Part shown: positions 46,626 to 54,399 of the stretch, in pieces
How the letters are laid out: each line of letters opens with the position of its first letter
Position numbering within the stretch: the stretch's first letter is position 1
Assembly: GCA_045530935.1 (NCBI GenBank)
Contig: JAZSDC010000032.1
Location: 1,223-65,222, forward strand
DNA: 64,000 bases
From: Candidatus Enterousia sp.
GTDB lineage: Bacteria > Pseudomonadota > Alphaproteobacteria > Rs-D84
Reading direction: 5' to 3'
Notes under the pieces: model-generated
Seen by the model: the letters and a program-made list of their open reading frames with translations, nothing else
Told to the model about the DNA's origin: nothing
The model's database searches: none
Translations under genes and position numbers: made by a program

Positions 46626-47144
46626 GATAATATTTGGTGTCCATCCTGTGGTATCCAGTTTTTGCAAATCTGATGGTAAATCAGAAACTTGCAAAACTTT
46701 CCAATGTTGGGTACGTCCAAATGGACCGATTTTACCACGGACATTTAATTCATTTGGTGTTTTTTGCCAGATGACGCTGGAGTAAACCTTGCCTGATTTT
46801 GGATCCATGATTTTACCGTCTTCATATTCGTTGTCATCAGAATCCCATTCCATATTCCATATTATGTCCATGCCGACCATTTTTGGTGTGCCTGGTACAT
46901 TATCTGCGGTGCGCGTTGGGTTTGAAAGTGTTTCTGATATTTTGCCGTCTGTGTTGTACAGTGCAATGATGCGTCCTGCCAATTCCGTATCGTCGCCGTC
47001 GGTATATTCATATAGTGCAACAATAGATTTTGGGGTTTGGGTTTCGTCGTCAATTGTCTGATAAAAACCTGTAAAAGGTATCGCTGCGTTTGAAGTCATT
47101 GGTATTAAAATTCCAGCCAGAACAGATAATAATTTTATATTCAT
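46620..47144 (-). CDS. DUF2147 domain-containing periplasmic protein
   Basis: Signal peptide MNIKLLSVLAGILIPMTSNA. GKIMDPKSGKVYSSVIWQ..LNVRGKIGPFGRTQHW matches the DUF2147 core. Confidence 0.8.
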   Translation of the reverse strand: MNIKLLSVLAGILIPMTSNAAIPFTGFYQTIDDETQTPKSIVALYEYTDGDDTELAGRIIALYNTDGKISETLSNPTRTADNVPGTPKMVGMDIIWNMEWDSDDNEYEDGKIMDPKSGKVYSSVIWQKTPNELNVRGKIGPFGRTQHWKVLQVSDLPSDLQKLDTTGWTPNIIK

Positions 47145-47280
47145 TTGTATTTTCTCCATTAATTTATATATCGGACATAAAAAATATAAACAAATTTTTT
47201 TGTATTGCAATTATCTTCTATGTTGACAAAAAGACAGTTCGTGTTATATTGTTGGCGATATGTAAAAAAAGGATTTTGTA

Positions 47281-47652
47281 ATGAATAAAAAACTAAAGCA
47301 GTTAATTGTTGATACTGTTAAACAATCTGGTGTTGTGTTAAATCGATATCCAATGGTTTGTGAATATGTTGTTGTGGATGCGACGGGAAAGATATTAATG
47401 GAAAGCACCATCAGTCAGTATTATGGTTTTTGCGAGTTATGTGTTAACGGTCAAAGATTTAATAGTGATTTGTCTGCGGGGATGGAACATATAATGACGG
47501 ACGAACAAAAAGATATTATGGATATTTTGCATGTAATTACAAAACGTTATAATGAAATAGAATCTAAGCATAATGATAAAAAGAAACCGACAAGCAAGGA
47601 ACAACAGGTTATTGGTTTCTTGCGTCGTGCCGCGTTGATAAAAAAGAAGTAA
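47281..47652 (+). CDS. hypothetical 123-aa protein
   Basis: ORF followed by a terminator. No recognisable motif. Confidence 0.6.
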   Translation: MNKKLKQLIVDTVKQSGVVLNRYPMVCEYVVVDATGKILMESTISQYYGFCELCVNGQRFNSDLSAGMEHIMTDEQKDIMDILHVITKRYNEIESKHNDKKKPTSKEQQVIGFLRRAALIKKK

Positions 47653-47653
47653 G

Positions 47654-47685
47654 AAAAACGCTGATGTTTTATCAGCGTTTTTCAT
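47654..47685 (+). terminator. rho-independent terminator
   Basis: aaaacgctgat-gtttt-atcagcgttttt. Confidence 0.85.
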
Positions 47686-47707
47686 TCAATATTATTTATT
47701 TATTTAT

Positions 47708-50488
47708 TTATTTAGTCCATTCTGTTCCATATGTTATAAATCCGCCTTCAATTTTTTCTATTTTAGGGCAACCGTAACCGTTGGATGTGGGGCATTCTAG
47801 GGTTGTATTATCTTTTTTATACGCGTATGTTATCTTGACATTATCTTTTCCAGTTGGATCGGTATATTGTTTATTGTCAATTAATACATATATACCCGCG
47901 CAATTAAATCCATTGTCTGTTTCGTCGACGGTGCCCATGCAAACCAATGATTGTTTATTGTCAGAATATATGACTGTTGGTTTAGTTGTGGTATTTGGTG
48001 GTACGCATATGGTAGATGGTGGGTTACTGCCATAAAGTATGCTGTTGGGTTGGCGTATATTATCTTTGATGCAACCGTAATTGGTTTTATTTAGTGGTTC
48101 GCATGAATATTCTTTTGAAGATTCTTTTGAATATTTTTTTTGGCAACAGTTGGTAACCCTATTTGAATTGTCGTCGGTACCTATAGTTAATTTTGTTCCT
48201 TTGTCTGAACGGCATATGATTCCGTCGTTGGTAATCAAGGAGTATGATTGGCATGAATTTGTTGTTGGATCGTTTAAAAAACCGGGCGGACATGTTGTGT
48301 CGCGACAATTGTCTGGTGCCTCGGCGGTTCCTGTGTTTTTTGCAAACCATTCCAATAATGTTTCATCTGCCGAAGATTGGGTTGTTAATATTTTGTTCGT
48401 TTCATTATCGTTTATCAGTAGTGTGTCTGGTTTAAATTCACAATTGCCCCAGATTTGTTCTGTTAAACGACAGATTTTTTGTTTGTCTTCTTTCTTTTTT
48501 TGTTTTTCTTCTGTCGTATCGTCTGTCGTATCGTCTGTCATATCGTCGCACCAGCTGTAAATATTGTCGTTATTGGTATATTGATTCAAAGGCTTGCTTA
48601 GGTTTGTGACGTCTGCAGGGAAAAATTTATTGATGTCACCGGCGCTTTCTATGCATTCTTGAACTTCGTTCCAGCATACGTTTCTGTTGATAATGGATTT
48701 ACGATTGGTTGATTTGTAAATGTTTTCGCACAGACCAAAGTTTCCAGCACTGGATGTGCAGGCGCGTACGATACAGTTTCGCCCAACCTCGCGACATGTT
48801 TTTAATACGGTATCAAATGTTATTTGTGTTGTTATTTGTTCAAATCCTTGGGCCCATTCGGATGTTTCTTCAGATGTTTCTGATGATACACTAAGCAGAT
48901 TTTCGCACGAGGTGCGCACATCTTTGCACATTTCATTTACAGTTTTATCAGCCAATATCCCAAAAATAGATATAGCGCGTGCGTCAAAATCAGAAATTGA
49001 ATCCATTGTTTTGTCCAGACATTGCGTTGTTAGTGTCGTGCATGATTGACGGATTTCTTCTAATTTGTCTTCTTGGGCCAGTTTTATTTGCGCCATCGCA
49101 TCTTCAAGAAATACATTCCATACATTGTCAGATATGTCTTGGCATTTTTCCATCGCAGGTTCTAAAAATTTCTTTTTATTGTTCAGGAAAGTTACAAATT
49201 TAGAATTTTCTGGGATGGTGGTCCATGATTGATCTGCATTGGGGCGTGTAATCAAGGTGCCCAGATTGGATAAATTAATTGACAGTATGGCGTCGCCAGT
49301 GGTTGGGTCGATATATTGACCTGTTGTATCCAGACATTTGCCCAGTTTGTCGCCGCACACTGTTGTGTCTGTTAACATATCCAGCATTTTTGATTTGCAT
49401 GTCAGGATATCATCTGAATTGCGTTGTTGGTGTATGTCAAGGCGCGACATGTCAAGCAATGCACCACTTTCATGTACTTTTGATTTTGCCTGGTTCATTT
49501 GCGTCTGGTATGATTTTTGTACTGTATTACAATCCTGTTCTATCATCATTTGATAGCCGCCTTCGGCTAGCTTTAAATCTTCGGGGCTGCAAACTTCCAG
49601 TGCCATTTCGCGACATACAGGCAGTGCAGCAGAATACAGTTCGGGACCGCTTTTTGTTGTTGTAGATGCACCGGCCAGCGAATCGATGTTGTCAAATGCG
49701 CTGTCTATATCCAGGTTTAAAGATATTGCATTAAGTTGGGTGTCAAAATTGCTGTTGTTAAAACTGGTATTTAATTTTTTTGCAATTTCATCCAGTGTCT
49801 TTTTTGAATCGGAACGATCTTTGATGTTAAATGCTAATTCGCCTTCGGTTGCTTGATTCAGTGCTGCGGCGTCTTCTTTATCCATGTTTACGGTCAGCAG
49901 GCGTTGGTTAAAATCTAAAAGTTTATCTTCGATATTTTCTAGTGTTTTTTTTGCGCTTTGGAATTCGTTTATGCGACTGGAACATGCGCAACGTTTTAGC
50001 TGGGCATCTTTGTTTGCACAAAATTCATCCATGCAGTTGTACAGTATTTCACGACATTTTTTATAGTCGCGTGATAACAGCGCAGCTTGTGCGGCTGTTG
50101 CAGTGCGTGAAATGGTTGAGTCGCCGTTGGGGGTGCGTCGTGTCGCGCTGCGAGTGGCGGTGGCGTTTTTTTTCACAATTGATGTTCGCTGTTGGGGGGT
50201 GATGGTTGGGGTGCGTTGCGCGGGGGTTACAGCTGTGCGGGTGCGAAACGCCGATTCGGTGTTGCGTGACGTTATGGTACGCGTCTGATTCGTTTTTGTT
50301 GCAGTGCGTGCCGTGGTTGCATTGCGTGTTGTTTTGTTGTTGGTGTTTTTTTTGCGATTCGTTGATGTGATAATACTGCCTTCTGGGCGTCTGGCGGTGC
50401 GGGATATGTTTGATGATGTGTCAGCCAACGTCGCATCCAGCCCAAGCAACGTAAAGCATGCAATTAAAGATAGTTTTATTCCCTTCAT
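47708..50488 (-). CDS. 926-aa secreted cysteine-rich protein with an N-terminal Thr/Arg-rich low-complexity region
   Basis: Signal peptide MKGIKLSLIACFTLLGLDATLA. ~130-aa T/R/N-rich segment, then more than 60 Cys. The ORF extends to 50554 but the ATG at 50488 gives the signal peptide. Confidence 0.85.
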   Translation of the reverse strand: MKGIKLSLIACFTLLGLDATLADTSSNISRTARRPEGSIITSTNRKKNTNNKTTRNATTARTATKTNQTRTITSRNTESAFRTRTAVTPAQRTPTITPQQRTSIVKKNATATRSATRRTPNGDSTISRTATAAQAALLSRDYKKCREILYNCMDEFCANKDAQLKRCACSSRINEFQSAKKTLENIEDKLLDFNQRLLTVNMDKEDAAALNQATEGELAFNIKDRSDSKKTLDEIAKKLNTSFNNSNFDTQLNAISLNLDIDSAFDNIDSLAGASTTTKSGPELYSAALPVCREMALEVCSPEDLKLAEGGYQMMIEQDCNTVQKSYQTQMNQAKSKVHESGALLDMSRLDIHQQRNSDDILTCKSKMLDMLTDTTVCGDKLGKCLDTTGQYIDPTTGDAILSINLSNLGTLITRPNADQSWTTIPENSKFVTFLNNKKKFLEPAMEKCQDISDNVWNVFLEDAMAQIKLAQEDKLEEIRQSCTTLTTQCLDKTMDSISDFDARAISIFGILADKTVNEMCKDVRTSCENLLSVSSETSEETSEWAQGFEQITTQITFDTVLKTCREVGRNCIVRACTSSAGNFGLCENIYKSTNRKSIINRNVCWNEVQECIESAGDINKFFPADVTNLSKPLNQYTNNDNIYSWCDDMTDDTTDDTTEEKQKKKEDKQKICRLTEQIWGNCEFKPDTLLINDNETNKILTTQSSADETLLEWFAKNTGTAEAPDNCRDTTCPPGFLNDPTTNSCQSYSLITNDGIICRSDKGTKLTIGTDDNSNRVTNCCQKKYSKESSKEYSCEPLNKTNYGCIKDNIRQPNSILYGSNPPSTICVPPNTTTKPTVIYSDNKQSLVCMGTVDETDNGFNCAGIYVLIDNKQYTDPTGKDNVKITYAYKKDNTTLECPTSNGYGCPKIEKIEGGFITYGTEWTK

Positions 50489-50616
50489 CCTTTGTAAGGT
50501 TATGTTAGCAAAATTATGAAAATGCGAGCAAGCAGAAAATATAGTAAAAATCATATTCTTTTCTGTGATTAAATGTGCGAATTTTACAGAATTTTATGAC
50601 GATTATTACTAATGTG

Positions 50617-50701
50617 TGGTGCGACCAGGGGGAATCGAACCCCCACGGGTTGCCCCACAGCATCCTTAGTGCTGTGCGTCTACCAGTTCCGCCATGGTCG
50701 C
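50617..50701 (-). tRNA. tRNA-Leu (anticodon AAG)
   Basis: 85-nt type II tRNA. Acceptor GCGACCA/TGGTCGC, anticodon stem CAGCA/TGCTG with loop CTAAGGA, T-arm GGGGG-TTCGATT-CCCCC, encoded CCA. Confidence 0.9.
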
Positions 50702-50800
50702 GTGGAAAGATTTTTGTATTCTTGCAAGTTGGCGTTTGTTTTTCAACCTTTTTTATGATAAAATCTGTTTTAGATAAAATTTATATGGAAAGGTTTACCT

Positions 50801-52366
50801 ATGAAAAAGTTGTCGAAAGTTTTGTTGAATTGTTCTTTGTTCGCTTTGATGCCAGCACTGGCAGGTGCGGCAGGTACATTTTATGATGGGCGAACATATC
50901 AATCACCACAGACGCGTTATTCGCAACAGTCTTATACACAGCGTTCATCGGCATATTCACAGCGGGGGGTGTCTGCGTATAATCGCGATAGATATTCTGC
51001 GTATTCTAATTCTGGTATGGGTGTAAAAAATGCCCAGGGTGGGGCGACGACAAAAAAACAGGACAAAGTTCAGTCTGTGTCGGCAAGTAAAGGCGGATTT
51101 ACGTTGGGGGCTGGTTTTTCACACCAAACATCTGTGTGGCAGTTTGAAATGAAAGAGTCTGGCTCTATTTTACACTATGATAACGTAGATTGGAATGTTT
51201 TTGATGTAAATGCAGGTTATGTTTTTAACGCAGGTAATACGCCAATTCAGATTGCTGCGGGGGCAAGCTATGGTATGCAAAGCGGCGAAACAACAATGAT
51301 TGACGATGATATTACAAATGGCGGATATTTCGTAACTGAATGGGTTGATGGTACAAAATGCCTGCAGACAGATGCAGATGGTAAATGTATTAAGTACGAA
51401 CATTTGGGAAATCAGATGGGAAATGCATTGTCAATAGGTACCAGTAAAGATGGATCTATGTTGGGGTTGAATGCGGAAATTGGTTTGAAAGATTTCTTTA
51501 AATGGGGGAATCTGAAAATTACACCATCTGTTGGGTGGCGTTATTTGAAATATGAATTAAAAACGCAAAATAACCGCGGTCTGTCGATGGATATTTATGA
51601 TGGACAGGGTGGGTGTTTTACAGTGCCTGGCAGTGACGAGGTGCAGTGTGATACAGTGTTTATATTTTATGATAGTGCAGGCAATCAATACTTGGCGCAC
51701 CGTGTTGATACAACGACTAATGGGGATCAATACGAAGGTGAAATAAACGGATATGATGAAGTTCCGTTGCCTTCAGATGCTGATGGTGTGGTGTATGAGT
51801 ATGTAAGCGCGGGTGGTACGTATTATTATGCACAGCCGGATATTAGTCATGAATATGAAGTTGAATGGTCTGGGCCGTATTTGGCATTGGATATGCTGTA
51901 TGATATTAATCAAAATAATTCTGTTAATGCACGTTTGGAATTGGGGTTGCCTGCATATAATGCAGTTGGTAATCAGCCATATCGTTTCGATTGGCAACAC
52001 CCAAAATCAGTTGAGGATAACACAGGTGTCGGTGGTGCATTTCATTTAGGTTTGGGGGCGAATTGGTCAACAGCAATTACAGACAGTGTGGCTTTGTCGA
52101 TTGGTTTGACATATGATTATTATACTGTGTCAGATGCTGATGCAAAAACATATTTGAACGAAGGATATTATATGGGGGTTTATAACGATATCTTGGAAAA
52201 CAAATTCGCAGGTGATGAAGAAACAATGTTGGCAGAAAATTCTATTGCACAGAATATTGTTAAATTGCAGGAAGATTGTCCTGGGTGGATATGTACGGCA
52301 GATGGTGAAATAGAATCTTTCTATAAATCAATGGGAATTCGTGTGGGGTTAAAGGCAAAGTTCTGA
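50801..52366 (+). CDS. 521-aa outer-membrane beta-barrel protein with a Q/S/Y/R-rich N-terminal region
   Basis: Signal peptide, beta-strand periodicity, terminal ..VGLKAKF. Confidence 0.75.
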   Translation: MKKLSKVLLNCSLFALMPALAGAAGTFYDGRTYQSPQTRYSQQSYTQRSSAYSQRGVSAYNRDRYSAYSNSGMGVKNAQGGATTKKQDKVQSVSASKGGFTLGAGFSHQTSVWQFEMKESGSILHYDNVDWNVFDVNAGYVFNAGNTPIQIAAGASYGMQSGETTMIDDDITNGGYFVTEWVDGTKCLQTDADGKCIKYEHLGNQMGNALSIGTSKDGSMLGLNAEIGLKDFFKWGNLKITPSVGWRYLKYELKTQNNRGLSMDIYDGQGGCFTVPGSDEVQCDTVFIFYDSAGNQYLAHRVDTTTNGDQYEGEINGYDEVPLPSDADGVVYEYVSAGGTYYYAQPDISHEYEVEWSGPYLALDMLYDINQNNSVNARLELGLPAYNAVGNQPYRFDWQHPKSVEDNTGVGGAFHLGLGANWSTAITDSVALSIGLTYDYYTVSDADAKTYLNEGYYMGVYNDILENKFAGDEETMLAENSIAQNIVKLQEDCPGWICTADGEIESFYKSMGIRVGLKAKF

Positions 52367-52367
52367 T

Positions 52368-52982
52368 ATGTTTAAACTGAAGTTTGTTTTATGTTTGTTG
52401 GCTGGTGTTTTTGTTGGAATGCCCGCAATCGCAGCGCAGTTGCGTGGTGTGGCATCTGTGAATGTAACCAGTGATACAGCGGCGACGGCCAAGAATATGG
52501 CATTTGATGAAGCGCGACGTCAAATTTTGTTTGATGTGTTGCGGCAATATGCAGACGTAGATGCTCTGAAAGATTTGTTGAAGAATTCAAAATCTTCTGA
52601 TTTGGCGAATTTGATTTCTTCTTCATCTATTGATGGGGAAAAGTTGTCAGACACAACATATTCTGCAAATATAACGATGATTTTAGATGGAAATGTTGCG
52701 CGAAATTGGTTAACGGAAAATTCTGTTCAGAATTGGTTGCCGGATGGCGCATCACAAGATGTCTTTGTTGTGTATGTCAATATGTCAGATGCATTGAATA
52801 ATTGGGCAGATTTAAATCGTATTGCCAGGGCAGAAAATATAGATTTGAACACAAAATATATGACAGGTAATACGGCTGTTTTGGAACTGCCGACATCTGT
52901 TCGTGGGGCGTTTACTATCGCAATTCGAGAATCTGGATGGCGGTATGCAAATCAGAATGGTGAACTGCGTATTTGGAAGTAA
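52368..52982 (+). CDS. 204-aa periplasmic protein, second gene of the OM module
   Basis: Starts 1 nt after the upstream stop. Signal peptide ..PAIAA. Confidence 0.75.
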   Translation: MFKLKFVLCLLAGVFVGMPAIAAQLRGVASVNVTSDTAATAKNMAFDEARRQILFDVLRQYADVDALKDLLKNSKSSDLANLISSSSIDGEKLSDTTYSANITMILDGNVARNWLTENSVQNWLPDGASQDVFVVYVNMSDALNNWADLNRIARAENIDLNTKYMTGNTAVLELPTSVRGAFTIAIRESGWRYANQNGELRIWK

Positions 52983-52997
52983 TTTTGGGGGTGTGGG

Positions 52998-53855
52998 ATG
53001 AAAAAGGTATCGTTGTTTTTGTTGTGTGTTTTTTTGCCAGGGGTTGTGTCCGCAGAAGAAGCAGACGCAAAAAAGGATTTAGTTTTAAATATTCGTAGAA
53101 TTGGTTTGGAATGGTCCAAGACCAATGTCAGAAATTCTGCGGATTATCAGGATTCGCCTGTGTCTGCATTAAAGGCGGACAGCCAAGATTTTATAAAGGG
53201 TGTTTTTGATACGGCATTAGAATATAACAAGGATAGATTGCAGTGGGATAATGGCTTGTTTATGGAGTACGGTGAAACTACGTTGAAGCCGTATGATGAA
53301 CCAGAAACGGTCAGCGAAAATTCAGATGATATTTTGTTAAGCAGTAATTTGTCATATGATTGCTTTGAATTTGCGGGGATTAAGTTTGGTCCAACGGTGC
53401 GTGCGGCATATGATACAGAATTCAAGACTGCAGATACAACCCCACGTCAGAATATTGTTCGTGCAAATGCGGGTTTGTCGTTGTTTGATAATGCGATTAT
53501 CAAAAGTTTATATTTGACCGGTGTGTATGAATATGACTTTACATATTCAAATGAAAAGACCAGCAAACTGGCTGCAGAAATAGGTTGGCGTTTGGAATAT
53601 CAGGTGCGTGAAGGGGTGAAATTATCCACCAATGGTTATTATCGTGAATATTTAAGTTATTCAGAATATGTGTCAACAGACCTGGAACGTGATTTAAGTG
53701 CGGTTGTGCGTATGGATACAAATTTGTGGGGTGATTTGACGATGGGCCCATATGTGCAATATCGTCGTGCCCGCGCCCGTGGTGTTGATGTTTATGGCAG
53801 TAACTTTATCATGGGAATTTCGTTTAACTATATTACTTCGTTTGGTTTGAAGTAA
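52998..53855 (+). CDS. 285-aa secreted beta-rich (probable outer-membrane) protein
   Basis: Signal peptide ..GVVSA, alternating aromatic pattern. The C-terminal 130 aa are duplicated at 56385..56774. Confidence 0.8.
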   Translation: MKKVSLFLLCVFLPGVVSAEEADAKKDLVLNIRRIGLEWSKTNVRNSADYQDSPVSALKADSQDFIKGVFDTALEYNKDRLQWDNGLFMEYGETTLKPYDEPETVSENSDDILLSSNLSYDCFEFAGIKFGPTVRAAYDTEFKTADTTPRQNIVRANAGLSLFDNAIIKSLYLTGVYEYDFTYSNEKTSKLAAEIGWRLEYQVREGVKLSTNGYYREYLSYSEYVSTDLERDLSAVVRMDTNLWGDLTMGPYVQYRRARARGVDVYGSNFIMGISFNYITSFGLK

Positions 53856-53904
53856 TGGTTTTTATCAGTTCCTTTCTTGGTTGCCCCATGTGGGGCAATT
53901 TTTT
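53463..53904 (+). repeat. segmental duplication, copy 1 (3' third of 52998..53855 plus terminator)
   Basis: About 90% identical to 56385..56824, including the terminator ttgcccca-tg-tggggcaa. Confidence 0.9.
53881..53904 (+). terminator. rho-independent terminator
   Basis: ttgcccca-tg-tggggcaa plus T6. Confidence 0.8.
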
Positions 53905-53918
53905 GTGTGTGGTGTTCA

Positions 53919-54118
53919 GATAAATAAAAGTTTAGTTAACAAAAACGTTTTACGTTTTTGTCATTCTGGGGCTTGACCCCAGAACCCAGGTTATGCGCGT
54001 GAAACGTGCACAAATAATAAAGATTTTATTACCTGGGTCCCGGTGTCAAGCACCGGGATGACATAATTTTTTGTAAAAAATTCTGTTTATGTTTTCCTTA
54101 GATAAACTTTTATTTATC
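53919..54118. mobile_element. 200-bp MITE-like palindromic element with 16-bp perfect terminal inverted repeats and two REP-like hairpins
   Basis: gataaataaaagttta (53919..53934) is the exact reverse complement of taaacttttatttatc (54103..54118). Internal arms gtcattctggggcttgaccccagaacccagg and cctgggtcccggtgtcaagcaccgggatgac are inverted copies. Confidence 0.55.
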
Positions 54119-54125
54119 AAAGCAA

Positions 54126-54155
54126 TTGACATTTATTTTATGATTCTGATAAAAT
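54126..54155 (+). promoter_or_regulatory. sigma70-type promoter of the Cys-rich cassette
   Basis: TTGACA, 18-nt spacer, TAAAAT, immediately right of the MITE-like element. Confidence 0.5.
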
Positions 54156-54161
54156 ACCTGT

Positions 54162-54399
54162 GTCGTGATGTGTTATCACGATGAGGTGTCAAGACCTCGG
54201 TACAGGCGTGGAATACATACTTGTGGCGCATTTTTGTGCTTTTTTTTATGATTCCGTTGAAAAAAACTCCTGATCATTTTTGGTCAGGAGGGCTGTGAAT
54301 ATATTGAATAAGCACACAATTCCTGTAATTGTCTTGAACCTCCTGACCACTTGTTTAAAAACAGTGGTTTTTTATTTCGAAATGAAAGGGGGAATTTTT
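54162..54399 (+). promoter_or_regulatory. ~240-nt structured leader with mutually exclusive pairings
   Basis: ctcctgatc (54267..54275) and cctcctgacc (54339..54348) both pair with ggtcaggagg (54282..54291). A weak hairpin plus T-run follows at 54347..54374. Confidence 0.4.

Noticed and set aside
54280-54399. N-terminal extension of the Cys-rich gene (ORF-track TTG start at 54280, or GTG at 54295 behind GGAGG).
   Set aside because: The ATG at 54400 has a well-spaced AAGGGGG SD and yields a textbook signal peptide. The extension would bury it. I keep it as an alternative in the leader finding because the frame is open.
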